Of a stretch of 64,000 bases of DNA, positions 26,600-39,992 are shown piece by piece; position 1 is the stretch's first letter; every line of letters begins with the position of its first letter. Origin of the DNA: Octopus vulgaris (Eukaryota). Made by a program: the position numbers and the translations under genes. The stretch lies in contig OX597820.1 of assembly GCA_951406725.2 (NCBI GenBank), forward strand, positions 92,938,001 through 93,002,000. Reading direction: 5' to 3'. The notes below the pieces were generated by a model. It ran no database searches. It was not told where the DNA came from and was given only the letters and a program-made list of their open reading frames with translations.

Positions 26600-26860
26600 A
26601 CCGATCTCCAATATTTACAGTTGCTACGCTGTCCCTACCTTCTTATCTTTCAGCTTATCTGTCTCCTCTATTTACTATGACTGAAATAAACTTATCTCCC
26701 CTATTTATAGTGGTTGCGCTCTTACTTATCTGCACTGGTTGAGCTCTTCTTTATCTACTATGTTGAGATACCCCTTTCATTCCTATTTACAGTGATTCTT
26801 GCCTCCTTCTTTTACAATGGTTAACCTATACATATCACTATTATCTGCAGTAGTTCATCA
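26600..26860. repeat. Degenerate pyrimidine-rich minisatellite (ctatttacagtggttg-like); also 26000-26160
   Basis: Recurrent tatttacag / tatctgcac motifs. Confidence 0.6.
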
Positions 26861-27212
26861 ATCATCATAATGCCCATTTACACTTTAAAAAACTCAGGTA
26901 CATCATTATGTGATTTACATGTTTTCTCTTTGTTGTTATAAATCCACAGAGAGTTCACAATATATCTGCATTTCTTCAACACAAAAGATGTTTGAGTGTT
27001 CTTTCTCTTTCCTAAATTAATATTCACTACAGCCAAACACATTGGAAACATTTATATGCATGCTTTCCTTCATACGGCAAATCAGCAAAATCGGTAGGGC
27101 ACCAGGCAAAACGCCTTGCAATATTCATTCTGTCTATGTATATTAAGATTCAAATTCGGCCGAGGGTTAACTTTTGCCTTTTATACTTTTGAGTCTTCTC
27201 TCAATCTCTCCC

Positions 27213-27285
<73 letters not shown>

Positions 27286-27289
27286 GTGT

Positions 27290-28330
27290 ACCTATAATTC
27301 AAAAGCCCAGGTCTGTCGCATTCAGCATGAGAATTACGTTAAGATTTCTTGTATATGTGCAGCACTCAAATGCTTGAACGTTATTTTAACATAGGTATTC
27401 AACTGGTCGTACGACATGCTCATCATGGAGGTCAAGACAATTGTATCTTCTCCATGAAAATATAGATATTATAAATAAAATCTTGTACTCTTTACACAAT
27501 TTCTTTAGGTAATTTATTCCGTAACAACTCTTGCATATTGTATCTTAGTTTGGTTTCTCTCTCTCACTCCCTCCCTCCCTCTCTCCCCCTCCCTTTATCT
27601 CTCTCTCTCTCACACACTCTCTGTTGCACGCTCTTCCTCTTCTATATTAGAGATCTACTTACCGTCACCAGTAACAACCTCCACCACTTCCATGCAGGTG
27701 ACATCACTCATATTTCCTCCTCAGCCCACCAAATACAAGTGTCAATCACATTCAACTTAGAACTTCATAACACACATGTGCACGAACTCCAATGAAAGAA
27801 AGTTAGTAAAAAAAAAAATTGCTATGATGACATGGTACTTTGATCTCTTTCGACATTACAAAAGTACAATTAGTGTTCCTATCATAAAAATATTTTTGTA
27901 CATCTTTTCAAGCATTGAATACCATGCATTTGAAGTCTTCTTAGACGATTCGCATAAGAGACATATGTTCTAAACTTATTAGTTTTGAAGAGCCTGAAAA
28001 GAATTTGCTCTTTTCTGATGACTAAACCGTAAAAATAGAATATCTGCAGTTATTTTTTATACTTTTTTCATTTGTTTCTAACTGAAATACACTCAAACGT
28101 TTTGCGCAATATTTTTTCCAAACTTTCAGCCTCTCAAAGAAAACAGTCTATGAATCAAATAAACGGCTTTTGATAATTTTTTTCAAATAGATTTGTAGTG
28201 ATTTTTTTTTACACAAATTATCAAAATTTTAGTGATTAATAACGTTGTTGACAGATATAATGGTATTACTAGAATATGATGTCGGTTAAAATTCAACTAT
28301 TTGAGGAATTGGCAATAATTTTGTACGTAA
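27290..28330 (-). pseudogene. Possible additional lambda2-like flap remnant (unit I)
   Basis: Weak matches: TSNAWYSMLE ~27907-27936 (ITDAWPAQLD), EDTIVLTS and QTW. The position fits a C-terminus ahead of unit H. Confidence 0.35.
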
Positions 28331-28337
28331 TTACATA

Positions 28338-28742
28338 TACTCTTTTACTCTCTTTTACTTGTTTCAGTCATTTGACTGTGGCCATGCTGGAGCACCGCCT
28401 TTAATCGAGCAACTCGACCCCGGGACTTATTCTTTTTGTAAGCCCAGTACTTATTCTATCGGTCTCTTTTGCCGAACCGCTAAGTAACGGGGACACACCA
28501 GCATCGGTTGTCAAGCAATGTTAGGGGGACAAACACAGACACACAAACACACATACATATATATATATACATATATACGACAGGCTTCTTTCAGTTTCCG
28601 TCTACCAAATCCACTCACAAGGCATTGGTCGGCCCGGGGCTATAGCAGAAGACACTTGCCCAAGATGCCACGCAGTTTGACTGAACCCGGAACCATGTGG
28701 TTGGTTAGCAAGCTACTTACCACACAGCCACTCCTGCGCCTA
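28338..28742 (-). mobile_element. SINE family 1, full length
   Basis: Near-consensus copy. Confidence 0.93.
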
Positions 28743-29019
28743 TAGGCATAAAAATTATTTTATTCTTTTACTGATTTCAGTTATCGAATATGGCCATGCT
28801 GGAGTTCTGACTTCTACACTAGTAATTATTGTATTAAATCTGCTGCGGTAATTATTTTATAGACTGGTAGTTTCCTTATCTTACCGACCTCAGGTTTAAA
28901 CAACCTAGGCGTAATCTGAACTCAGAATGTAAAGAAGTGTGGCAAAATACCATAAAAGACTTTGTCCGACACTATCAATTCTTTCTTCTATGTAACTACC
29001 GAGAGTAAACGTTTTTTTT

Positions 29020-30990
29020 TAATAGTTTGACCTGGATGAAGGGGCTATGGTGATAAGCTTTCCATGCCCCACGAGACTTGTCAGATGCATGTAATTGATG
29101 TCATCCTCGAACGACTGTCGGTTGATGGTTATAAGAAAAACATGATTGTGAAGAAATGTCATAGAACAAATATCTTTGAATGAAATTATTAACGTGGGTC
29201 AAGGTATGGATGCAGGTCAGTGATGAGAGTGGAATAATCGAGGAAGCTGGACAGCCCTTCGTGGAGGTTATTCGGGACTGCTCTCTTCAAAGAAAACAGA
29301 GGTCATAGCTGCGATAGAATAAGCTGACTGAAAAGTTTGTGTATCCGAAATTAGAGTGTATTTTAACATTTGACTATAACAGTAGAAAGCAAGAAAAATC
29401 TTATCGCCTTCCAAAAATGAAAATAGAATATTTAGAGTATTTTTAGCTGGATCCAAACAAGTTTGTAATATTTCTATATCAAGCAATGTTATGGTTTTTG
29501 TGTGGCATGCAACTCAATTTTTAGATATTCATATGATTGTTCATTTATAAATCAAGCGTTTGAAAATGCCTGCAGTACATTAACGTACATTAAAATGCAA
29601 CTTGTTGAATTTTGTTCTAATTTGCCTCAAACACATCTTTCACAAGATTTCAATAGTATTCATTAAACATACTGGGACTTCAGTTACCTTGTTAGCCTTG
29701 TTAACTGTTCTCCTTATGAATACGTTTGCTCACACCACGTCTTTGCTCTTTGTAGACCGTGATTTCTACAGAGTTCCCACTGGATCATTCTTGTCACATT
29801 GTCATGTCGTCATTTGTAATCGCGTTGTGCTAATTTCAAGCATTCGTTAACGATGAGCCATACCGTTTCACCCTTCCCATCACACATTCCCCATTTGTCA
29901 TTCTCAGTAGTGTTGTTGATTCAGCACTTTACATAGTTAGTCCTTAACGCTTGTTCTTGTGTTGCGCATATAAGTGCTTCTGTTTCTATTTTCATATCAG
30001 TCCTCCTGATTCATAGCCAACGGTTTTCTGTATCTGTCTTGGCGTTCGTATTTCTTGCAAACTAACCTTACATTTTTCTCCTTCTATGCTGTTTCTTTCT
30101 TTGTTTTTCTTGCTTTACATAATTATCAATTTTGATGACCTGTTTCAACAATGAACCCACGGTATTTTTACATACCACCCTAAGCTACTTTATTCTGCTT
30201 CGATGCAATCCTAGCAACTGATCAAACCTCTCCCACTCTTTCTTCTGGACAAGTACAGTCTATCGGTGTCAGTCTTAGATTGGAGGGTTACGTGCATTGT
30301 CAATATTTTTCTTGTCTTTGTATTCATGTTCATCATTTCTTTCCTTTGCCAGTTTATGATTCCAGTTCCTAGCTAGGGATTTTACTTTACCTAAATCCAA
30401 ACCTGGATGGCGCTGACTGATGTAAAACCAATGTTATTAGGGGAGTGTAAATGATGAATTGACAGTCATAGAACATCTGATAGAATATGTTGTGATGTTT
30501 TTTTTTTTCAAATCTCTGTATTCTGAATTCAAAACTTGTAATGGTCACCTTTGCTTTTTATCTCCCGGAATCAATAAATAAAATATCAGTTCAGAGAATT
30601 AGATTGGCAGGATTATTAAAACTTGTAGTATCTGTTCCGGTGTTCAAATTCTGCCTTGAGATTCAAACTCCACGGGACCCACAGTTGATTGTAAAATCTA
30701 TGTTGAGGAAAGTAATGTGGCCATCTTTTACAGTAATCAAACGACAATGATATATATGATTAATTGCATAGATTACGGGATATTTACTGCTGCTAATTTG
30801 AAGGACCACAGAATAGTTGAAAGTATAGTTGTATTTAAAGTCAAAACATAAGGAAACGAAACTAAATACATTATAGAATTCAACTAAATACACTATGTGA
30901 GTTAATCCAATGTCCTACCAAATCAGCACATTTAATTATGTTTTGTTTTCATACACGTTGTCCTTCGGTAGAAAGTTCCAATATATATTA
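29020..30990 (-). pseudogene. Endogenous reovirus lambda2-like unit E (second MTase end plus flap)
   Basis: SSKYPVIYAI ~30761-30790 (MYKYMPIMRI); TCLDPAKNTLNILFSF ~29415-29462 (AQFDATKGEWTLDMVF); LTHVNNFIQRYLFYDISSQSCFSYNHQP ~29119-29202 ([27 protein letters not shown]). Interrupted by an R4-like LINE. Confidence 0.65.
29545..30400 (-). mobile_element. R4/Dong-like (restriction-like endonuclease) LINE fragment
   Basis: ETEALICATQEQALRTNY ~29933-29987; RLYL..GRGL-like ~30225-30262; TAGIF terminus. Confidence 0.8.
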
Positions 30991-30999
30991 AGTATTTAA

Positions 31000-31205
31000 G
31001 GCAGCGATCTAGCAGAGTCGTTAGCACGCTGGGCAAACTCTTTTAGCAACATTTTCTCCGTCCTTGGGTTCTGGATTCAAACTCCGGTGTGGTCAACTTT
31101 GCCTTTCATCCTTTCGAGGTCGAAAAATAAATGCCAGTCTAGCACTGGGCTCTAGCACTGACCCACTCCCAAAATTGGTGGCCTTGCTCCATGATTTAAA
31201 ACCAA
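31000..31205 (+). mobile_element. SINE family 2
   Basis: Head and core motifs present. Confidence 0.85.
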
Positions 31206-31217
31206 TGTGTATTAAGC

Positions 31218-31701
31218 GTTTGGTCATACGTCGAATTTATGTATTTAGAATGTTACCATTCATGAAACCTATCATTTACACTTATTCTTGATAATGGCAT
31301 CGTAAGTCCTTTTTGTGTAAGTAATTTGGTTTGAACTTGAAATTGTTTTGTTTCCACCACCTCCATCTTACCAGTACATCCTGGTCAATCAAATGTATTG
31401 TTGAAGTTGTTCTCACCGTGAATATCCACTCTGTTTTCAATGATATTGATTCCAAATTCTGGCACCTGCCAACAAGCTCGAAGGTCGGGTAAGTCGATTA
31501 CATCGACCCCAGTCTTCAACTGGTCCTTATTTTATCGCCCACGGAAGGATGAAATACAAAGTCCACCTCTGCTGAACTTGAACTTAGAGCATAAAGACGG
31601 ACGAAATGTACCTAAACATTTTGCCCAATGTGGTAAAGATTCTGCTGTTTCAGGTAGATTATTGAAATTATATTTATTGTACGGTGCGTGCATTATTTTC
31701 T
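31218..31701. repeat. Local ~485-bp duplication of 32980-33466 (lambda2-like flap plus embedded minus-strand SINE)
   Basis: Direct repeat, roughly 90% identical by eye, offset ~1.76 kb. Confidence 0.95.
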
Positions 31702-34489
31702 GAATACGGTTATAATTCTTTGTTTTTGACCGCGAGCAATGTTATGGTTATAATCGATTGAACAGTTATCATTAGTGTTGTTCATTTTATCGACCCCAAT
31801 ACTTTCGAAATTAGGCCCAAGAGGAACAAATTCTAAATTATATACAGTATATAGAATGCTATTTTGCCGTTTATGTCAACTCATAACTGTCTATTATAAT
31901 GAGTTCTTCTTATATTGGCACAAACCCAAAACATTTTTGAGGAGAGAATTCGATGGACTAATGCGAACCCTAGGATGAAAGACAAAATATTTGTACATGT
32001 GGAAAAAATTGAATTCATAATGAATCGGAAAATAACTAAGCACTGCAAAAAACGTCCAATCTTTCTCCCTTACACTGAAAAATATCTAATGAATTGTATT
32101 TACGTGATGTCGTAGAATTAAAAGAACCTAATATATTTTTGGTACCTATTTTATTAACTCTTACCCGGGATTTAAACGCGGAATTAAACGAACTTCATTG
32201 AATGCTACAAAATACATTTCTCAACGTTCTGCGCTTTCTATCCACTCACTACTCTCATTCAACTATGCTGCCCTCCAGTAAGCTGTAATAATGGTAATTT
32301 TGGCTAAGCAGGTGGATACCTTATTTCAAGAAAGAGAAAAATGGTAGGTGAGTCGTTCAATCCCCCCACCACCACTGGCGTATGTATCTTAATTAAACTG
32401 AATTTGTGTCAGTTAAAAATCGAACCTATCTGTGATATTTGCTTGCCAAGAGCTTAAAAATGCCTTAACGATGACCACTTGTAAATAATAGGTAATATTG
32501 ACTTTTTTCGACACAAGGTCAGGAATTAGTAGAGAAAATGGGTAAGCCATTGAACCAAATCTTCAAACACTTAGTTTAGAGAATTAAAAAGACTAAGGGC
32601 AAAAATTAACCCTAACCTTGGTCAGACAAATTGCCATTATTACTTTTCTATCGCAGTAAATTGTTCAATCTTGTAACAGCGATTTTATAATATTGTTATA
32701 TTGTGCAGTCATGGAAGCAATAATATGATACTAGAAACTTCACATAAAATTAACAATTTAACATTTCCAAGTCTGATTAATATTTATCCACATTTTGATT
32801 CACTACTTTGAAAAGTACTGTAAACCTTTTCTCAAACTTGTTTTAAGGAGAGATAGAAGGGATTATTTCCAGTGGCAATATTTACCTGTATTCTTAGTCT
32901 GAAAAAGAAAAAGTTCTATAAGTAGTATTCATAGATATTTCAGGCTTTATTAGATGATAGTTTTGTGAGATTGAAAAGTGTTTGGTCATACGTCGAATTT
33001 ATGTATTTAGAATATTACCATTCATGAAACCTATTCTTTATACGTTTTATTTTCGATAAGGGCACCGTAAGTACTTTTTGTGTAAATAATTTGGTTTGAA
33101 CTTGAAATTGTTTTGTTTCCACCACCTCCCTCTTACCAGTACATCCTGGTCAATCAAATGTATTGTTGAAGTTGTTCTCACCGTGAATATCCACTCTGTT
33201 TTTAATAATATTGATTGCAAATTCTGGCACCTGCCAGCAAGCTCGAAGGCGGGGTAAGTCGATTACATCGACCCCAGTCTTCAACAGGTACTTATTTTAT
33301 CGCCAACGGAAGGATGAAACACAAAGTCGACCTCTGCGGAACTTGAACTTAGAGCATAAAGACAGACGAAAAATATCTAAGCATTTTGTCCAATGTGGTA
33401 ACGATTCTACTATTTCAGGCAGATCATTGAAATTATATTTATTGTACGGTGTGTGCATTATTTTCTCTTTTGAAGAAACGAAAGTGAATTGTTTAGCAGT
33501 AGGATCAGAAATCGACATGGAATTTCCAGATGAGGATAATGGTGAAGTGAAAGGGCAACAAAACGGCTTTGGATGAAACACTAAGATTAAAGAAGAAAAG
33601 TGATTTATGCATCCATCTCTATATCATCATTCTGTCAGATTTTCTGGTACTGAAAACACCTCTGTACTTCAGAGCATTTCTGCCTTTATTCTAATCCCAT
33701 TGGATAGATCCACTCTTATTAAATCTCACGAAATTATAATCTAATGAAGCCAGCAATATCTATGGATACTACTAACAAGGTTTTTACTTTCACTAACCAG
33801 ATTATATAACAAATGAAAGTGAAGATCTTTAGATACATCTTGTCACTGAAACGAAGAAATGGAAGCCAGTGCTCTCTCCCTCTCTTTCCTCTCTCTTTCT
33901 TTCTCTCAGTATTTTATTTCCAAATACTGAAAAGAAAATTCTGTTATGGTTCAAATGCTATGATCTCTAAATACCTTGGTTGAAATTAACAAATGTTTGT
34001 GACTGGAATGAGGCAAAAGAGAATTCAAAGACGCGGTGTTTGTTGACCAGATTACTAATAATATTTATTTCTAACATAGGTACAGATACAACTGTCACAT
34101 TATAGCAATCACTCTAGTTGACTGATGTTTTATTTTGTCGACTACGATGGCAAAGCGTACTCAGATTGAAAGACACATAACTACACACTGAAATGCACAC
34201 CAGCTCTGTCTCTCTATAATGATTCTACCATTAACTCCCATCTTATTGATAATTACATTATGGATTTCTAATATAGATATGGGGACGAAAATTAAAACAC
34301 AGTCGATTTACTTTACAGGAAGATCTGACAGGTATTTAATCAACTCCGAAAAATGTGAAAGAAAAAGTGAACCATGACGGCAATTTGACTTGAGATGTAA
34401 AAGGAATTAACAAAATAACGTAAGCGATTTTATCACACACATTCGCACACACGCGCGCACATACATCATATTAACAATTGTTCCTACCG

Positions 34490-35725
34490 GAAGCAGAGGA
34501 CAAGGAATTTAGAGTGAGGGTTATGTCTATTTCATCAACTCAACTGCAGTTCGCTACTGGTACTTATTTTATTAACCGCGAAAGGGTTAAGGACAGTGTC
34601 GACCTCTGATTCCAAATTCTGTCGACATCAACTTTGCTTTCCATCCTTTCGGGGTCAATAAAATAAGTACCAGTTGAGCACTGTGATCGACTTAAACACT
34701 CACCCGAAATTTAGACGTAATGCTATAAGCATGATGTCGACCTCGGCAGAACTGGAACGCACAGCTGAAAGACGAAAGAAAAGCCGCCAGGCATTGTGAC
34801 TGACGTGCAAACGATTCTGCCTGCTCCCTGCCTTTCCAACATTCTAATAATAATATTTGTTTTAAATCTTGGGACATGGCCAGCAATTTCGGGGAGATGA
34901 TAATTCGATGTGATCGATCCAAGCGGTAGTTATTTTATCAATCCTGAAAGGATGAAAGGCTAAGTCGACCTCAGCGGAATTTGAATTGAGAACGTAAAGA
35001 ATAAAATGCTGCTAAGCAGTTTACCCGTAATGCTAACGATTCTGCCAGCACGCCGACCTTTTCAAATTTTTGGAACAGGGCTAGCAGCGCTTGAGAGGTG
35101 GGGAATTTTGATTGCATAGACTCCAATACTTGTCTCGTACCTATTTTATCGACTCCGATAGGATTAAAGGCAAAGTTGACTTCAGCGGAATTTGAATCGA
35201 GAATGTAAAGACAGACGAAATGCTGCTGGGCACTTTACGCAGCGTGCTAACGATTCTGTCAGCCCATAGCCTTAACCAATGATAATATTGGATTCTAATT
35301 TTAGCGCAACTCCAGTAGTTTTCGGAGAAGGGGCTAAGTCGATGACATCGACCTCAGTGCTCGACTGGTATTTATTTTATCAACGGATGAAAAGATGAAA
35401 TGCAAAGTCGACTTCGGTGGAATCTGAACTCGGAATGGGAATACAGATGAAATGCCGCTAAGCATTTTGGCCGGCGTTTTAAAGACATTGCCAGCTCACC
35501 ACCTTTCCAGTTTAATTCAAGTAATAATAATATTGGTTTCAAATTTTGGCATAAGGCCAGTAGTTCTTGAGAGGGGAAAGTCAATTACTGTTACTTATTT
35601 TATCAACCACGTAAGGATAAAAAGCAAAGTTGACCTCAGCGGAATCTGAACTCAGAACGTAAGAACGGACGAAATGCCGCTAAGTATTTTGCCTGGCGTC
35701 CTAACTTTTCTACTAGCTTGCCACC
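34490..35725 (-). mobile_element. Cluster of ~5-6 SINE family 2 copies, mostly minus strand
   Basis: Repeated aaaggatgaaaggc..aaagtcgacctc..gcggaatttgaa modules. Confidence 0.85.
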
Positions 35726-36810
35726 ATTGCAGTTTACTAATAATAATAATTATAATAATTACTGCTGTTAGATTACTCTCAGCATTTTCCCATGAAAATA
35801 TATGTTTTAACAATACCCAAGAGAGACTACTCTTCCTCACGTCAAACTAACTTGCTATACTTCATGAGATTTTTTTAAACATACTATTTGCCGATTAAGA
35901 CCATAGGAATTCTTTCTTTGGCTTCTACTTCACTAAGACAACTCAGAATCTAAGGCGATTTGGTGTTATGTAGAATAACTTCCTTTATTTTTTTCTGTCA
36001 AGAAATACGACGAAACACCAGCCAAATATTTGGCGCTATGACCCAAGAGTAAGTGATTTAATATGTTACCAACTCAGCCATCTTACCTTTTATCATATCT
36101 GGAAAAACTGACACACTAATTGAAATCTCAAATCCACATCAAATTATTTCATTAATAACTAAATCTTCTTAAAAGAAGTCTTTCTAGAATTTTCTTCATC
36201 TCACCCTGAACTATAGCCATAAATATTTCAACCCGGTGTGTATAAACTAAGATAATATAATGGTATTTTTCTTGGGGACATATTGATTTATTTTTCTTCA
36301 GTTCTAATTATACGGTTGAGTACTTTCAATTCTACCTTTTTTTTTTAGTTTGGTCTGTAGTGTGAAAAACAAAATTCCATAATAAAATAATGCACATAAA
36401 TTCCAATTTTCAAATTTTTTAAAATTAAAAAGAATAAAAAAATGAATTAATAGACAAAAGTAATATCATTATTACGCTTTATGTATTTGACATATTTATA
36501 CAGATGGAAAATATTCTTTACAGTTCAGGTGGAGATGTAATAGTTATAATGGTAAACAGGTTAGTAGTATAGTCAGCAGAATTTTATAGAATTTCCTTAT
36601 ATGGAATTATAACTATGGAATATATATTTGAAAACCAAATTACTGAATTACTGGTGCACTAGCAGCGTTTTGCTTCAATGCTATTGTATGTTTTAGGGTA
36701 TATAGATTTTAGCCAACACTATATATTTAGCAAGGGTATAAATGTTCCATTTTCATATATAATATTTTTATAGACAGAAAAAAAAGATGAGTCAGTTCAG
36801 TGTTCATCAA

Positions 36811-37390
36811 GGCGGAGAGCTGACAGAAACATTAGCACGCCGGACGAAATGGGTAGCCGCATTCCGTCTGCCGTTACGTTCTGAGTTCAAATTCCGCCGA
36901 GGTCGACTTTGCCTTTCATCCTTTCGGGGTCGATTAAATGAGTACCTGTTACGCACTGGGGTGGATATAATCGACTTAATTCGCGTGTCTGTCCTTGTTT
37001 GTCCTCTGTGTTTAGCCCCTTGTGGGTAGTAAAGAAATAGGTATTTCGTCTGTCTTTACGTTCTGAGTTCAAATTCTGCCGAGGTCGACTTTACCTTTCA
37101 TCTTTTCGGGGTTGATAAATTAAGTACCAGTCGCGCACTGGGGTCGATGTAATCGACTTAATCCGTTTGTCTGTCCTTGTTTGTCCCCTTTGTGTTTAGC
37201 CCCTTGTGGGTAGTAAAGAAATAGGTATTTCTTCTGTCCTTACGTTCTGAGTTTAAAATCCGCCGAAGCCGACTTTGCCCTTCATCCTTTTGGGGTCGAT
37301 AAACAAAGTACCAACTGCGTACAAGGGTCGATCTACTTGATTGGTCCCCTCCCCAAAAGATTTCGGGCATTATGCCTAGAGTAGTAAAGT
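36811..37390 (+). mobile_element. SINE family 2 with the 184-bp internal unit triplicated
   Basis: Same junction gccccttgtgggtagtaaagaaataggtattt as the 24432 element; units at ~36860, 37041 and 37225. Confidence 0.92.
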
Positions 37391-38764
37391 TTAGTATCAG
37401 ATCTATGTTGGAATTTGATCAGTGGCTATGGTGTAATAAAGGTATAGAAACGAAACAAGTGTTTACGCCTCAGTAATATTTTAATCGAAGGAGCTACTGA
37501 GAATGCCAAATAATATGAATAAGACCTATGTATGAGATTTACTTAAGCTCTCTGTAACACTTAGTTTATAAGAAATATCTCTAGAGGAAAATACTTAGTC
37601 ATTAATGAAATGCCAACACAGGATCAAAACTCGTTCGACTAATTTATTTTTGTCCATGAATATATTGTATACAAAGAAAAGATGTATATTCCTTAGAGTA
37701 GACTAAAACCTATAGATATAATCTGTAGTATACAATGTATTAAAAAGACAATGATAAGAAACTGGAAACAAAAGTTAAACCTGTATTTGTAGATTATAGG
37801 TCTAGAGAGCTATAGTCTACAAATAAAATTGCAATTTGTCTTTTGTACTTTTTATTTTACTCAGAATTCAAATTATTATTACAAATTTTTCTGTTTGAGT
37901 TTTAGAATATTACATCAAAGTTCCAAAAGTTTATTTCCGTTTATTCATACTGGGTTCATTGTGTGACGCGGTAATGATCATATCTGTGGGTTGCCTCATA
38001 ATCGTAGTATGATCACTTCTTTTATAGCACAAATCTCAAAGTGGAGCTTCAACTGAACACAGCAAGCAAATAAAGTGTTAATTAGCCAATTTCTTCAACA
38101 GTTAACTGTAATTATTCAGCTTCTCATAGCAGTTCGTCATAATACAAATGGTTCCTGTTTAAAATCAATTGAATTTGATAATTGAGAATTAAGTTTCTTG
38201 CTATTGACATAGCTTGGTACCAATCGTGTAAACATCGCATCGTCATATACTATGCATGAAATGAAACGATAGCCTTTTGCTTCGCTCAGTACTCCAGCTC
38301 TCTTATTGATTCAGTCATCAGCCATAGTACAACGATTCTGATAGCATCAAAAATAATGTTATTTGAATTTTCGTTTCCTCATAACTATCAGTAAATACAC
38401 TATATCTCATAATTGATATTTTAAACCAGCTACAGACGCTATCAAGAACAATGTGGTGATGGTTTAATTTCAGTTTGATGAGGGAATGATTAATAATCAC
38501 TCGATAATATATTCTAATGAATGGTTCTCTGTCATCTATAAAACAGTTAATATCTGTGTTTAGCTTCCAATTATAAGTAGTTGATATTTAAATAATTATA
38601 TGAAATAATATTTTCCCCAATATTTATTTCAGCATAACTCTGGCTACTATATCTTAAAATATTTCATTCCGGCTAAATGAAATTATACTAACTGTCATAC
38701 GTTTGTTGCGGCAAATGTTATTGACAACCCTGTGGGATTGAAAGAATGGACTAGCCCAACTGTT

Positions 38765-39992
38765 ATAAAAGTGGCGACGAGTTTATTCGGAGCTTACATT
38801 GGACGTTAACATTTTCTTTTGATACAAAATCAAAGAAAAATTAGTTAACATAGAAGACTTATTAGATCCTGTGGCACAATTGCAACAGTTATAGCAGCAA
38901 TTACAACAACAAAAACACCAACAGTTGCTGGAATTAATGTTGAAGTCCGAAACAACTTCAGGCTCGTCCTCCGCAGATGGCGTAACAAACGCAACTTCAG
39001 AATTTAGTTCTAACCCAGCAGAAGATATCACCTTTTCTGCACATTTCCGAAGATATGAAGAAACCTTTAAAGAGAAATTCAAAAATCGGACGAACAAGGA
39101 AAAGGTACGACTACTTTTAAGAAAATTATCCCTTGTCGAACAAGAAAAATATTGTAACTAGAATGTCCCCTAAAATCCATGTATAATTTGTTTCGATGAA
39201 ACAATTGAATTATCGAAAATTTTCAGTGTGAGAAGTTTCCTATTCAATACTTGCTGGGAGTGTTTGAATTTAGTGAAAAGAGATGATGAAGATTTCGTCA
39301 CCTATGCCGGAATCATCAACAGAGAAGGCTAAAAATTCAAACTAAAAGAAGTGACCTCGGATATGTTCAAATGTCTAATTTTTATTCAAGGGTTAACTGC
39401 AGAGATACGTGCTAGGATATTAACAAAATTAACAGGATCAGAATTTGACTCTGCAAGCAGTGGCAGAGAAATGTCAAGAAATTATTAATATTCGATATAA
39501 CGCAAATAAATTCGAAGAAAAGGATTACTCTCACATACATACGTGTAGATTTGTAACGGATAAGGAAAAAGAAAATCGAAGATCAAGATCCAATCCATGC
39601 TATGGGTACGGAGGTCTACATTTTAGAAATAACTGTCCGTTTAAAAATTTTAAACGTTTTAACAGTAAAAAAAAAGAATCGGACATAAAAGCTCACATTG
39701 TAGTACGAAACAAAAAATGTCGAATGAAAAAATTCTGGAAAGATTTTTTTTCAACGGAGAAGCCGTAGGAGCCGTTGAGCGTTCGTAGAAGTCGTAGAAA
39801 GACGTTGAGGTTGTTGAAAGTTTGTATTTATTGGAGTATCTTCTTTAATGGAGCAATATGAAGAACGTCGTGTGAAGAGAGTTGTGACTATCCTCGCTTC
39901 GTGAAATCTGGATATCCAACGTATAGAAGTATATAAAAACTTTATAGAGAAATATTTTGGATTTCTAAATAAAACACTTTACACACTCAACA
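38765..39992 (+). mobile_element. gag: Internally deleted Gypsy (Mag-like) LTR retrotransposon: PBS, decayed gag, 3' LTR part
   Basis: PBS tggcgacgag at 38772; FRRYEETF..KVRLLLRKL..EQEKYCN; decayed CCHC (CYGYGGLHFRNNCPFK); ends aataaa..ctcaaca; possible TSD ctgtt / cagtt. Confidence 0.85.

Larger units (their letters stand above)
17165..27051 (-). pseudogene. Endogenous reovirus lambda2-like unit H, near full-length, heavily interrupted
   Basis: M/SNVFG ~27022-27051; SHFKWGGLFNDDS ~26515-26553 (YHLRWGAQYVGEDS); KLVTGL ~22867-22884 (SSVTGI); MHLLPKCDIK ~20840-20870 (LRYLPLIDPR); SITFPNNANLVDTDHSYSP ~20735-20792; FFVVQSNTDY ~20130-20160; FKVLGTADPYMS ~18210-18246; GSSIK*KCLRW ~18147-18179 (CSITWVPLSYDLRW); QPTYFL ~17203-17220 (IPTYIV). 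Confidence 0.75.
32863..38330 (-). pseudogene. Endogenous reovirus lambda2-like unit A (GTase C-terminal part to stop)
   Basis: DD*INKRAGVLSEAKGYRF ~38263-38320 ([21 protein letters not shown]); SYYDYEATHRY ~37980-38012 (SYYVDYNRSHRV); STNTGLTFV; FFVY; LVERVL; WHFIND ~37599-37616 (WHYIEQ); VLFILFGI; LFTIITITSPPEL ~36521-36559; SSLSWVLLKHIFSW ~35790-35832; HWLPFLRF ~33847-33870; SIQWD*NKG; GNSMSISDPTAKQFTFV; TGKYCHWK* ending 32863. Confidence 0.8.

Noticed and set aside
31372-31430. Possible 59-nt minus-strand exon (cag..G|GTAAG), duplicated at ~33137-33195
   Set aside because: The peptide WIFTVRTTSTIHLIDQDVL fits collinearly in the viral flap, and no partner exons were found.
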